A program made the position numbers and the translations under genes. Shown one piece after another: positions 10,253 to 19,719 of a stretch of 64,000 nt of DNA (positions are counted from its first letter, which is position 1; each line of letters opens with the position of its first letter). Location of the stretch: positions 1-64,000 of the IMG/VR virus record IMGVR_UViG_3300045988_109843; one strand, 5' to 3'. This DNA is from a virus. The notes below the pieces were generated by a model. The model did no database searches. It worked only from the letters and a program-made list of their open reading frames with translations, and was not told the DNA's origin.

Positions 10253-10471
10253 TTACTTACCTCGGCTACCTTTGATAAAACATTCAAGCAAAATCAGTAC
10301 CAGCCAGATACCGGTTGCTACTTTGATGGTAAACGTAATATTCAGCAGCTTAAAAATCAGCCAGATAATACCTATCGTGGTAATCCACGAGATAAAATAT
10401 GTAGCCACCAGAATTAGAACAATTCCAAGAAAAGAACAAAGTGCCTTAAAGAGATTTTTCCATGTGTTCAA
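10253..10471 (-). CDS. small membrane protein (holin-like?)
   Basis: 72 aa with 2-3 predicted transmembrane helices. Function not supported beyond topology. Confidence 0.35.
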   Translation of the reverse strand: MNTWKNLFKALCSFLGIVLILVATYFISWITTIGIIWLIFKLLNITFTIKVATGIWLVLILLECFIKGSRGK

Positions 10472-10576
10472 TTTATCGCCTCCATTTCTGACGATAACGC
10501 GTTATATTTTATTAACGCATTTACGCTAAAATTTTCATTTTATAGTAATCCCACCAACCCACCACTTACACGTTAT

Positions 10577-13500
10577 TTAATTGTCGCTTAAATGAACTAC
10601 TCGATCTCGAATTTCCTGAGTGCGACCCTGATTCCAGAAATGACTCCCTACGTACCCACAAGTACGCCGTGCAACGTTCATTTTGTTCTGATCGCGATTA
10701 CCACAATTAGGACACTCCCACACCAGCTTGCCGTCGTCCTCCACGATCTTGATCTCGCCGTCGTAGCCACACACCTGACAGTAGTCAGACTTGGTGTTCA
10801 GCTCTGCATACATGATGTTGTCGTAGATGAACTTCATAACGCTAATTACAGCAGGAATATTCTGCTGCATGTTGGGCACTTCCACATAGCTGATGGCACC
10901 GCCCGGCGAAAGCTTCTGGAACTCGCTCTCGAACTTCAGCTTGGTGAAAGCGTCGATGTGTTCACGAACATTGACATGGTAAGAATTGGTGATGTACTCA
11001 TGATCAGTTACTTCAGGAATAATACCAAAGCGCTTTTGCAGGCACTTGGCAAACTTGTAGGTGGTGGATTCCAGCGGGGTGCCATAGAGAGAGTAGTCCA
11101 TATTCTCGGCCTTCTTCCACTCTGCGCACTTGTCGTTCATGTGCTGCATGATTTCAAGAGCGAACGGCTTTGCTTCTTCATCGGTGTGGCTCTTGCCGGT
11201 CATATACTTCACGCACTCATACAGGCCGGCATAGCCCAGACTGATGGTGGAATAGCCGCCGAACAGCAGCTTGTCGATCTTTTCACCCTTCTTCAGGCGT
11301 GCCAATGCTCCATACTGCCAATGGATAGGACTCATGTCGGAAACAGTTCCGAGTAAACGCTTATGTCGAATCTGAAGTGCTCGATGGCACAATTCCAGAC
11401 GCTCATCAAAAATCTTCCAGAACTTATCTTTGTCTTTTTCAGAGCTGCAAGCCACATCTACCAAATTGATAGTAACCACGCCCTGATTGAAGCGACCATA
11501 ATATTTCTGACCCTTCACCCAATTCTTTGCGTTAGCCACATTCTCAGTGGTTCGGTCAGGCGTTAGGAATGATCTACACCCCATGCTTACCCACACGCCA
11601 CCTTTGAGTTCCTTCATAACCTTTGCGGAAATGTAATCAGGAACCATACGCTTTGCAGTACACTTAGCGGCCAACTCCGTCAGGTAATAGTATTTAGAAT
11701 CAGGATGAATATTATCCTCATCGAGAACGTAGATCAGCTTCGGGAACGCAGGAGTAATCCATGCTCCGGTCTCATTTTTAACACCCTGAATACGCTGTTT
11801 TAGCATTTCTTCAATGATAACAGCCAAGTCATCACGAGTCTGTCCTTCAGGAACTTCATCAAGATACATAAACACAGTGATGAAAGGGGCCTGACCGTTA
11901 GTAGTCATCAGCGTAATCACCTGATACTGGATGGTTTGAACGCCACGAGCGATTTCTTTATGTAAACGTTCTTCAACAATGCGATTGATGGTTTCTTTTG
12001 CTGGCATCTTGTCAATCTCATTGTTTTGAACCATATCGTAGAATTCCTGATGGACTTCTTTCTCAATTTTCTTACGAGAAACATCTACGAACGGAGCCAG
12101 ATGAGATAAGGTAATGCTCTGACCACCGTATTGGTTAGAAGCCACCTGAGCAACGATCTGTGTAGCGATATTGCAGGCGGTGGAGAAGCTGTGCGGTCGG
12201 TCAATTCCAGTACCAGAGATTACAGTACCGTTCTGCAGCATATCCTCCAGGTTGACCAGATCACAATTACCGGTGACAATACCACCATCCAATGTAAACG
12301 AATGAGTCTCTGGTTCTTCAACACACCAAGCGTCATATTCGATTTCCGGTCTGTAAGACCTAATTTTCTTCACGACCCATGGGTTGTTAGGAATTTGATA
12401 CTTTCGGAATCTAAAATCAATAAGCCGAGCCCCTTTTTTAAAGTTCGTGTCGTGAATAATCTCCGATTCACTTGCAATATAAAAACCAGCAACAGAAGAA
12501 ATCTCTCGAATCATATTGGCTACTCGGTCGTCTGCTGTTGCAACTTTGTTGGTTTTTACTGCCCCATCGGCAGCATAAAATCCTTCAAATAAATATTGCT
12601 TCCCCTTATCATCTAAGAATCTCCATGCTTTTGCATTCAAGAAATCTTGCTTAAATGCCCCCTTGTGTAAAACATAAGCATCTCCATGGTATGATTCCGG
12701 GTATGTAACAGTGTCACCAGCCTTCACAAAATAATTTGCATATTTAGACTTGTCTCCACATAAGCGAATCGTAGTATAATCCGTCTTTTTGTCAAGACCA
12801 TCTCCGATTGCGAAACCAGTTGCCCACGCCTGATAGTCTTTTTTCGCTGTCATTTCGGATTTATGTAATTCAGGAAGTAACGCAAGAGTCATACCCTCTG
12901 TCAGATTCGTCGTTACGCTTCCGTCTTTTAACAGCCATCTATGATTCGCCGTACAGAAAATATGTTTAACGGATCGACCGGACTGGATCATAACGTCTTG
13001 CATTTTCTGCTTTCCATACTTTTTTACAGTGGCTGTATGCCATTCACCATCAGCACCAATAACTTTAATTTCCTGTCCATCATTAAAGTCTCTGAACTCT
13101 TTAACACCACTATCCGTTACAAAACGAGTATTGCTCTTAAAGCAGTTGTGCATATGTTGAACGAAATAATCAGTGTCATGTACATGAATGATGCCAGCCT
13201 TATGCGCATCCAGAATATCCTTCGGAAGCAACAGTCGCTCTGTTAATTCTTTTGATACCTCACCAGCCATATAATCGCGTTGGACGCTGTTTACAGTTGG
13301 GTTCTTATTACTATTTTCCTGATTGATTGCATCGTTCCGAATATCGATGATATCCAAAATGCTCGCATTAGTCTTTTCCTTTTCTCGGATTTCTTGACGA
13401 TATTTACGCCACTGACTATACGCTTCTGCTACATCTGAAAAAGGACTATTTTTCAGACTGTCAACCACGATATCCTGAATCTGCTCAACCGATAGGATAT

Positions 13501-13651
13501 CTGGCATGTCTGCGATGTAGTCAGCAATCGCATTCGACACACGAGCGTCGATACCACCCGGCGTACAGGTCATCGCCTTCTCGATTGCATTTACAATCTT
13601 ACTTTTATCAAAAGGAACTTTCGTTCCATCGCGTTTAATCACATATTCCAT
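10577..13651 (-). CDS. nrdD: anaerobic ribonucleoside-triphosphate reductase NrdD, interrupted by an intein
   Basis: N-terminal ATP-cone (VIKRDGTKVPFDKSKI). C-terminal Zn ribbon (CQVCGY...CPNCGN) and glycyl-radical motif RRTCGYVG. 1024 aa versus about 700 for NrdD. The intein is at aa 170-462. Confidence 0.9.
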   Translation of the reverse strand: MEYVIKRDGTKVPFDKSKIVNAIEKAMTCTPGGIDARVSNAIADYIADMPDILSVEQIQDIVVDSLKNSPFSDVAEAYSQWRKYRQEIREKEKTNASILDIIDIRNDAINQENSNKNPTVNSVQRDYMAGEVSKELTERLLLPKDILDAHKAGIIHVHDTDYFVQHMHNCFKSNTRFVTDSGVKEFRDFNDGQEIKVIGADGEWHTATVKKYGKQKMQDVMIQSGRSVKHIFCTANHRWLLKDGSVTTNLTEGMTLALLPELHKSEMTAKKDYQAWATGFAIGDGLDKKTDYTTIRLCGDKSKYANYFVKAGDTVTYPESYHGDAYVLHKGAFKQDFLNAKAWRFLDDKGKQYLFEGFYAADGAVKTNKVATADDRVANMIREISSVAGFYIASESEIIHDTNFKKGARLIDFRFRKYQIPNNPWVVKKIRSYRPEIEYDAWCVEEPETHSFTLDGGIVTGNCDLVNLEDMLQNGTVISGTGIDRPHSFSTACNIATQIVAQVASNQYGGQSITLSHLAPFVDVSRKKIEKEVHQEFYDMVQNNEIDKMPAKETINRIVEERLHKEIARGVQTIQYQVITLMTTNGQAPFITVFMYLDEVPEGQTRDDLAVIIEEMLKQRIQGVKNETGAWITPAFPKLIYVLDEDNIHPDSKYYYLTELAAKCTAKRMVPDYISAKVMKELKGGVWVSMGCRSFLTPDRTTENVANAKNWVKGQKYYGRFNQGVVTINLVDVACSSEKDKDKFWKIFDERLELCHRALQIRHKRLLGTVSDMSPIHWQYGALARLKKGEKIDKLLFGGYSTISLGYAGLYECVKYMTGKSHTDEEAKPFALEIMQHMNDKCAEWKKAENMDYSLYGTPLESTTYKFAKCLQKRFGIIPEVTDHEYITNSYHVNVREHIDAFTKLKFESEFQKLSPGGAISYVEVPNMQQNIPAVISVMKFIYDNIMYAELNTKSDYCQVCGYDGEIKIVEDDGKLVWECPNCGNRDQNKMNVARRTCGYVGSHFWNQGRTQEIRDRVVHLSDN
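12266..13144 (-). mobile_element. intein with LAGLIDADG homing-endonuclease domain inside nrdD
   Basis: Starts with Cys (HMHN|CFKSNTRF) and has block B TANH. LAGLIDADG-like motifs TGFAIGDG and LFEGFYAADG. Ends ...HSFTLDGGIVTGN|CDLVNLED (terminal Asn, +1 Cys). 293 aa. Confidence 0.7.
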
Positions 13652-13662
13652 ATAATCACCTC

Positions 13663-15186
13663 TTACTCAGCATCCTGCGCATCGTTCTTTTCAGAAACAA
13701 TCGTCGAATCGCTTACAAGATTCACATTCTTAGTGACCTTTGCATCGTAACTGTTGGCACGGACGATTTCCTTCATATCAATGCCAGTTGCTTCACGAAC
13801 GGCCTCAAAAGTCTGAGCCATGACTGCCGGGACATTACCGGAAATCTCAGAAACACCATTTGCGTTACTGCCAATGATGGAAACCTTGTCAATGGACGCC
13901 AGCGGCTTTGCAACCTCAGCTGCAATGCTAGGGAGAATCTTAATGATCATTTCGCCCATGGCCGCACCATTATACTGCTTGTAAGCTTCAGCCTTCTTCA
14001 GCATAGCTTCTGCTTCAGCAAGACCCTTCTGCTTGATGGCCTCAGCTTCTGCCATACCGACCATGCGGATACCTTCTGCTTCCTGTTCCTTAGCGAACTT
14101 TGCGGATTCTGCAGAACGCTCCGCCTCGTACTTCTTTGCTTCAGCTTCCTTCTGACGCTTATACAGGTCGGCATCTGCCTGCTTACGAACTTCCGCATCC
14201 AGCTTCTGCTGGCGAACTTCTGCTTCCTTAGCAGCCAATTCAACCATCTTTTTCTGCTGTGCAATAGCTGCATCTGCTTCAGCTTCCTTAATTTCCTTGT
14301 CACGGAGGTTCATCTGAATCTGACCAGCCGCCTCAGCATCAGCATTTGCCCTATCTGCCTTAGTCTTCAGAGCAGCCTGAGCCAGCAGATACTCATTGTT
14401 GCGCTGGGCAATAGCAGTCTTGGACTCGATTTCCTTCTCGTTTGCTTCACGGGCAGTATCAGCCTTTGCGCGAGCAATGTCACGAGCAGCTTCTGCCTTA
14501 GCAATTTCAGCCTGCTTCTTCACCAGTTCTTCCTGCTGAACACCAATTGCCTCGATGACACCGTGATTATGACCCTGAGCATCAATAGCATCCTTGATGT
14601 CCTGAACATTAAAGGTAACAACCTCCAGACCCATCTTTGCAAGATCAGGACGAGCATTCTCAACAACAGAGATAGCCATCTGCTTACGGTTAGTCAGAAT
14701 GTCGTTGACAGTCATTTCAGAAACAATCTCACGCAGATTACCCTGCAGGACATCGTTAATCTTCTCGTTGATACCATCTTCGCTCATGCCAAGGAAGTTA
14801 GAAATAGCAGCCTGCTGACGGGCACTGATATAGGTCTTGGCATCTGCACAGCCCGCACTCTTGATTTCCTCGTCAGTTACAGTAGAGTTTTCAGAGTAAA
14901 CCTGAACAGTAACAACAGAGTCCAACCACAGAGAAACGCCCTCTTTAGTCTTAACACCGGTCTCAGGAGTCTTGACATCAATCTTGAGCAGTCGCATATT
15001 CAGACGATCAGCTCGCTGAATGACAGGAAGGACGAACACGCCACGACCACAGATAACCTTCGGCTTAGACAGGCCAAAGCCAGTCACAACGATTGCCTGA
15101 GTCGGAGGTGCCTTTTTATAGCAAGTAAATGCAAAAGCAACCAGAACGACAACAATGACAGGAATTGCAATAAGCATCATATTCAT
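13663..15186 (-). CDS. flotillin-like SPFH/band-7 protein (FloT homolog)
   Basis: 507 aa. N-terminal transmembrane segment, then an SPFH domain collinear with B. subtilis FloT (IVVTG...G.FVLPV.Q.A..L.....K.DV.TPE; MTV.EI..NR; DLAKMGL.VVSF.V.D). Long Ala/Glu/Lys coiled coil. Confidence 0.85.
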   Translation of the reverse strand: MNMMLIAIPVIVVVLVAFAFTCYKKAPPTQAIVVTGFGLSKPKVICGRGVFVLPVIQRADRLNMRLLKIDVKTPETGVKTKEGVSLWLDSVVTVQVYSENSTVTDEEIKSAGCADAKTYISARQQAAISNFLGMSEDGINEKINDVLQGNLREIVSEMTVNDILTNRKQMAISVVENARPDLAKMGLEVVTFNVQDIKDAIDAQGHNHGVIEAIGVQQEELVKKQAEIAKAEAARDIARAKADTAREANEKEIESKTAIAQRNNEYLLAQAALKTKADRANADAEAAGQIQMNLRDKEIKEAEADAAIAQQKKMVELAAKEAEVRQQKLDAEVRKQADADLYKRQKEAEAKKYEAERSAESAKFAKEQEAEGIRMVGMAEAEAIKQKGLAEAEAMLKKAEAYKQYNGAAMGEMIIKILPSIAAEVAKPLASIDKVSIIGSNANGVSEISGNVPAVMAQTFEAVREATGIDMKEIVRANSYDAKVTKNVNLVSDSTIVSEKNDAQDAE

Positions 15187-15198
15187 GTACTTTTCTCC

Positions 15199-16005
15199 TT
15201 AATCTTCCAACCAACGATTTTCAGCCACATAGAAAGCACCAACTGCAACAGTCATAAGTGCAATCCATAATACCCAGAACCAAATTACTCGTGTGCCAGC
15301 CGCCGAAATCATATAATCTCGTGCTTCTTCGATATTTTTGTCCTTAATGAATTGCGCATCATGCACAGTTTTGTCGCTTAAATTCGCGTATAATGTACCA
15401 TCATAACGAACATCTTTGACATAAAATTCAAATTTTACATGAGAGCTGACCTGTACCGTAGTCAGGTACTTGCTAGATGGCATCTTGATATCGCCATACT
15501 TAAATTCTTTGCCAAGAAACATAATATTCTTAGAATTGTGTTCTTCTGAACTGTAATAATCCCAAGTCCAGTACGTTTCGACTCTTGTTCTTGTATGACC
15601 TTTGCCATCCGTGGTAGTGACAGTTCGTGTATGCATCGTGTAATGCTTTTCTTCGCAATAGATATACATCCACTGACCGTCGATACGTGAATCGCTTACG
15701 GTATCTACTGCTTCTAGTGCGCCTTGGCAAAACGCATTACCTACGTTGGTTCTCATTCCATAATCGAACATATTTTCGGACTCAATCGAAATTGCTGTAT
15801 TATATTCTTTTTTCTGCTCAAGCGAATCTCTAGTGATATTTCCAGCGATAACACTACCAAGTATCAGCATAATGAACACAATACCAACACTGACGATCAA
15901 TTCACGATAAGTAATTTCGGCATTACCGATTTTCAAAAAGGTCCCCGACTGCCGGTGCCGCCTCATTCCCCTCATAGGACAGATACTCATAATTCTGAAC
16001 CTCAT
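15199..16005 (-). CDS. membrane protein of unknown function (possible LemA partner)
   Basis: 268 aa. Transmembrane helices near both ends flank a ~180 aa domain. The start is uncertain because the track ORF overlaps lemA by 83 nt. Confidence 0.45.
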   Translation of the reverse strand: MRFRIMSICPMRGMRRHRQSGTFLKIGNAEITYRELIVSVGIVFIMLILGSVIAGNITRDSLEQKKEYNTAISIESENMFDYGMRTNVGNAFCQGALEAVDTVSDSRIDGQWMYIYCEEKHYTMHTRTVTTTDGKGHTRTRVETYWTWDYYSSEEHNSKNIMFLGKEFKYGDIKMPSSKYLTTVQVSSHVKFEFYVKDVRYDGTLYANLSDKTVHDAQFIKDKNIEEARDYMISAAGTRVIWFWVLWIALMTVAVGAFYVAENRWLED

Positions 16006-16495
16006 ATCCAGTCAGACCAAGCAGAAAGGAGTTCGGAAACTTACGAACGCTCTGCTTATATTCCTTTACAACACGATTGTAGTCGCCACGATAATTTGCA
16101 ATCAAATTTTCAGTGACGGATAGCTCGTTCATAAGCTCCTTGTAGTTGTCACTGGACTTCAGTTCAGGATATGCTTCCGCAATAGCTGCAATCTGAGTCG
16201 TAATCTCCTGGGCGGTCTGGCCGGAAGTGCCACGAGCATTCACAACATCCATTAAAGTCTGATACTCGTGCTGGTCATAAGCCTTGACGGTTTCAACCAG
16301 ATTTGGAATCAGATCAGCCCTGCGCTTCTCCTGAATTTCAATACCAGACTTAGCCTCTTGAATCTGTTCCTCGTAAGAGATAGCCGTGTTCTTCGGTCCT
16401 TGCACCATGAATGTCATACCGAGAATAGAGAGAAGAACGACACAGATAACGATAATAGGTAACTTCCAGTTGTATCTCATATATGTAAACCTCAT
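15923..16495 (-). CDS. LemA family protein
   Basis: 190 aa. N-terminal transmembrane segment. RRADLIPNLVETVKAYDQHE...ARG and AYPELKSSDNYKELMNELSVTENLIANYRGDYNRVVKEYKQSVRKFP match the LemA family. Confidence 0.8.
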   Translation of the reverse strand: MRFTYMRYNWKLPIIVICVVLLSILGMTFMVQGPKNTAISYEEQIQEAKSGIEIQEKRRADLIPNLVETVKAYDQHEYQTLMDVVNARGTSGQTAQEITTQIAAIAEAYPELKSSDNYKELMNELSVTENLIANYRGDYNRVVKEYKQSVRKFPNSFLLGLTGYEVQNYEYLSYEGNEAAPAVGDLFENR

Positions 16496-16577
16496 CTAAA
16501 AGCCATCAAAGCAAGTCCCGGTGCTACGATGAAAAAGAATATTGCAAAAATCAAATATGTATCGTTTTCATTCCTCA

Positions 16578-17063
16578 TTAGAACTTGACCTCATCGGCAC
16601 AATCAGGAACCACGGCAGTTTCAATGTTGCACATCGGTTCTGCCTTTGCTAGCTTTTCTTTGAATGAATCATCAGTACGATAAACCAAATCACGGCAGAC
16701 ACCGCCGGGATTCAGACTGTAAAAATAATCGTTAATATCTTTCTTTACCATCGTAGTCAGCTTGTCAGTAACCTCGTTAGGAACTTTCTTGAGCGTATCT
16801 ACGACACTTTCGGCAACCTTCTGCTGTTCCTCTAAAAGCCGGATTTTATAGTCCAAATACCAACGTGCCTTCGTCAAATCTTGAAGCTGAGAATTACCAT
16901 CTTTGTGTCCTGCCCGGCTCAAATACTTACCAACGTTCCAAAGATAAGCATCTTTGTCCAGCTGCCACTCTCGCAGCACCTTAATAGCCTCATAGGGATT
17001 GTCTGCACCGCCGTAATGGGCTGGATGATCTACGTTCTTCTTAATTTCATCAAGTGTTTGCAT
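16578..17063 (-). CDS. DUF3310 family phage protein
   Basis: 161 aa. HPAHYGG...IEAIKVL...NVGKYLSRAGHKDG...DL.KARWYL matches the DUF3310 signature common in phage nucleotide-metabolism modules. Confidence 0.6.
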   Translation of the reverse strand: MQTLDEIKKNVDHPAHYGGADNPYEAIKVLREWQLDKDAYLWNVGKYLSRAGHKDGNSQLQDLTKARWYLDYKIRLLEEQQKVAESVVDTLKKVPNEVTDKLTTMVKKDINDYFYSLNPGGVCRDLVYRTDDSFKEKLAKAEPMCNIETAVVPDCADEVKF

Positions 17064-17841
17064 TTAATGCCTCCTGTTTCAGTTTGTCGTATTTATCACG
17101 AATCTCGTGGAACTTACCACAAGACATCATACCTTCAGTACAACCATTACCACAGCAGTTTGGGCCAGCACACTTAAACAGATGAGGAGCAATTGGATAA
17201 ACCAGTTTCAGCATCTCAGTTGCAAGCTCCCTGATTTCCGGCTGCGCTCGCTCACAACAACGCAGGTTAAAGAAATTATTCAACGAACGAGCGTTCATTG
17301 TAACAATCATTTTTGTAGAACAAGCATTTGGAAGAACAGAACGTGCATTCTCGTTTGCAATCTTGGATGCTTTTGCGCGTGCCTTTTTCTCAGTCAGGCG
17401 AGAGTCAGCAACCATCAGTTCCTCAGTAATCTTGTCCTCAAGAATCTGGCACAGGTGCTTATAGGAGTATTCAGCAGTCTGAATTGCCTGTTTAAATACC
17501 TCTCTTGCTTCGCTATCATCGTCGATAACATCAGGAATGATGATTTCCGCATTATTCATTCGCACATAGCGCTGACTTTGTACACTGAATGATGCAATGC
17601 GATGCCGTGTAATCTGGGCAAGCAAAGCCCGGCTCACACCTTCAATCCCAAAAGTAAAAGTCACATGCTCCGTAGGACTAGCGTGACCAAGGCTAGAAAG
17701 CCGATTCAGAAACTCATCAACCTTCTCATCGGTCAGTCCATCCATCAAATCCTGAATACTCGAATTGGAGTAGCACAACTTTGCGGCGGCAGCTACCACC
17801 TTTTCAGGATCAGGAGTATGTGTAATCAGTTTAACTACCAT
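17050..17841 (-). CDS. thyX: flavin-dependent thymidylate synthase ThyX
   Basis: 263 aa. ThyX signature RHRIASFSVQSQRY. Confidence 0.9.
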   Translation of the reverse strand: MVVKLITHTPDPEKVVAAAAKLCYSNSSIQDLMDGLTDEKVDEFLNRLSSLGHASPTEHVTFTFGIEGVSRALLAQITRHRIASFSVQSQRYVRMNNAEIIIPDVIDDDSEAREVFKQAIQTAEYSYKHLCQILEDKITEELMVADSRLTEKKARAKASKIANENARSVLPNACSTKMIVTMNARSLNNFFNLRCCERAQPEIRELATEMLKLVYPIAPHLFKCAGPNCCGNGCTEGMMSCGKFHEIRDKYDKLKQEALNANT

Positions 17842-17851
17842 TCAACTCTCC

Positions 17852-18076
17852 TTAATATTCGTCCTGCCAGTTTTCAGGAATATCGTTCTCACCAATTACG
17901 ATACAATTTCTAGGCGCGACATTTAAAGTGTACTGACCATCTTGAACTTTAATCATTACATTCATAATGGCGACAACTTTATGAATACTCCAAAGAATTC
18001 CTCGACTTTTTTGAGTTCTAGCTCTAAGCACCGTATCGCCAACATGAATCTCTCTATTAAGAATATCGGTTACCAT
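17852..18076 (-). CDS. hypothetical protein
   Basis: 74 aa. Confidence 0.4.
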   Translation of the reverse strand: MVTDILNREIHVGDTVLRARTQKSRGILWSIHKVVAIMNVMIKVQDGQYTLNVAPRNCIVIGENDIPENWQDEY

Positions 18077-18235
18077 TTAATCCTCCTTCACTTTAGAAGT
18101 GCAAACTTAAACCAATCTGGGAAGTTGGATACTGAAATCCCATACTTGATAAGGCAAGACAGCAACCACAACGCAATCATGATTCCGGCCGCAATAAGAT
18201 AATCCTTAAAAATCTTAATGAAGGCGATCCACATC

Positions 18236-18439
18236 TTAATCCTGTCTCTCATTTACCTCACCTCTTTCAATCAATTCATCAACAGTAATCTCTCCACAGA
18301 GAATCTGTTTAAGCTGCTCTTCTGACAACTGATATGTAATCGGCTCTCCACATTCAGTCGGATATCGAGCCAAGGTTCTATAATATTCTGCAAGGGCTCG
18401 TTCTTTACGTCCCTGTTCACGATGGTCAATACCAATCAT
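18236..18439 (-). CDS. hypothetical protein
   Basis: 67 aa. Confidence 0.4.
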   Translation of the reverse strand: MIGIDHREQGRKERALAEYYRTLARYPTECGEPITYQLSEEQLKQILCGEITVDELIERGEVNERQD

Positions 18440-18687
18440 ATCGTCCCACCTCCTTCCTCAAGTTTTTCGCTCTTACCAGTCACGACATATACATCATCTT
18501 CAAGGTCTTCTTTGGGAATCACAACTACGATGCCTAGTTCTTTTTCAAATGGCATACCATCCATCATAATAATGTAATATTCATCCAAATCTGCGAACAC
18601 TTCGTATGCGTTACCCTTTTTAAGTTGAACAAAAGTATCTATTGTAGCAACATAACTGTAATAGTCCGTTCTGAAGTACATCCTCAT
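18436..18687 (-). CDS. hypothetical protein
   Basis: 83 aa, ATGA overlap. Confidence 0.4.
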   Translation of the reverse strand: MRMYFRTDYYSYVATIDTFVQLKKGNAYEVFADLDEYYIIMMDGMPFEKELGIVVVIPKEDLEDDVYVVTGKSEKLEEGGGTI

Positions 18688-19034
18688 TAGGGCTCCTTGT
18701 AGGGTTCCATATCACCCTTCCAAATCTGGAAATAAGGATGTGCGTCAATGCCGTAAACCTGACCCTTCATACCGGTACTGGTAATCTTGTAAGGCTTTCC
18801 ATCCTCAAGGCTATTGATAAAGTCCTGATACTGAGGACTCATCTTAAAGAAGTCCTTCTTGCCCTGAATCCTCTTTACCTTAATAGTAACCTCATCACCA
18901 ATCTTTGGCTCCCACTCTTCAACCGGCATTCCAGCCAGAAAGTCGGGACCACCGGCCTTTTTGATTCGCCGGGCAAGGATTCGTGCCTTACGCTGCTCTC
19001 TGCGCCGGTCTTCTCGATTCATCGAATTACTCAT
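18687..19034 (-). CDS. hypothetical protein
   Basis: 115 aa, basic N-terminus. Confidence 0.45.
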   Translation of the reverse strand: MSNSMNREDRRREQRKARILARRIKKAGGPDFLAGMPVEEWEPKIGDEVTIKVKRIQGKKDFFKMSPQYQDFINSLEDGKPYKITSTGMKGQVYGIDAHPYFQIWKGDMEPYKEP

Positions 19035-19266
19035 ATTCTGTTCCTTTCAGCTTATCAAAGTAGGGATCGCCGTCTTGCTTCTCTAGTAAGTTGAGCTCCC
19101 CGGCGGAGCCTACAGAATACAAACGAAAATTTTTAAAAATCTCAGCACCTTTAATAGTGGCTAGAGATGTAATTATGTACAATATATTGTGTTTTTCTGT
19201 GCCATCCGTAAGTTGAACTTCAAGTCGTTCTTTCTTTGGAATGGCTAGTTTTCGGAAGTCGTTCAT
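19027..19266 (-). CDS. hypothetical protein
   Basis: 79 aa. Confidence 0.4.
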   Translation of the reverse strand: MNDFRKLAIPKKERLEVQLTDGTEKHNILYIITSLATIKGAEIFKNFRLYSVGSAGELNLLEKQDGDPYFDKLKGTEYE

Positions 19267-19268
19267 AG

Positions 19269-19523
19269 TTAATCCTTCGGCATAGAATACACATCCTGTC
19301 CATGTGCATATTCGTCATAAATTTCTGCAATAACATTGTAGCATCTGCTCTCAGAATTATAACTACCAAGAATAATTCCACGTTCACCCATGCCTTGTCG
19401 TGCGTAAACATTAAGGCTTGCGGCATCAATGATCGCCATGCGTTCAAGATTTATAATTTCTCCGCCCTGCGTTAAAAGTAGCATTTTAATCCTCCGGCAT
19501 ATCGAAACTAACACGGCTCTCAC
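19269..19523 (-). CDS. hypothetical protein
   Basis: 84 aa. Preferred over the overlapping ORF 19220..19447. Confidence 0.4.
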   Translation of the reverse strand: MRAVLVSICRRIKMLLLTQGGEIINLERMAIIDAASLNVYARQGMGERGIILGSYNSESRCYNVIAEIYDEYAHGQDVYSMPKD

Positions 19524-19710
19524 AAAGAGCAGCGTTAATCTCTTGAATTACTTCTTTTGTCCTCTCTGTGGTTTGATAAGAACCAAGTCGAGACCATGTG
19601 TCGATTCCATATCCATACGCTTTAATCGTTGTTGAACTATCTACGATACGAATAGAAAGACATCGACTTGTGTTAACCACTTCGGTTTTATTTTGCGTCA
19701 AAATAAACAT
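19486..19710 (-). CDS. hypothetical protein
   Basis: 74 aa. Confidence 0.35.
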   Translation of the reverse strand: MFILTQNKTEVVNTSRCLSIRIVDSSTTIKAYGYGIDTWSRLGSYQTTERTKEVIQEINAALCESRVSFDMPED

Positions 19711-19719
19711 TGCAAAACC

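Noticed and set aside
15923-16005. 83-nt overlap between lemA and the downstream membrane-protein ORF, considered as a possible frameshifted single gene.
   Set aside because: The two reading frames encode distinct, complete domains: LemA through to its C-terminus, and a transmembrane-anchored protein. An alternative internal start for the downstream gene is more likely than a fusion.
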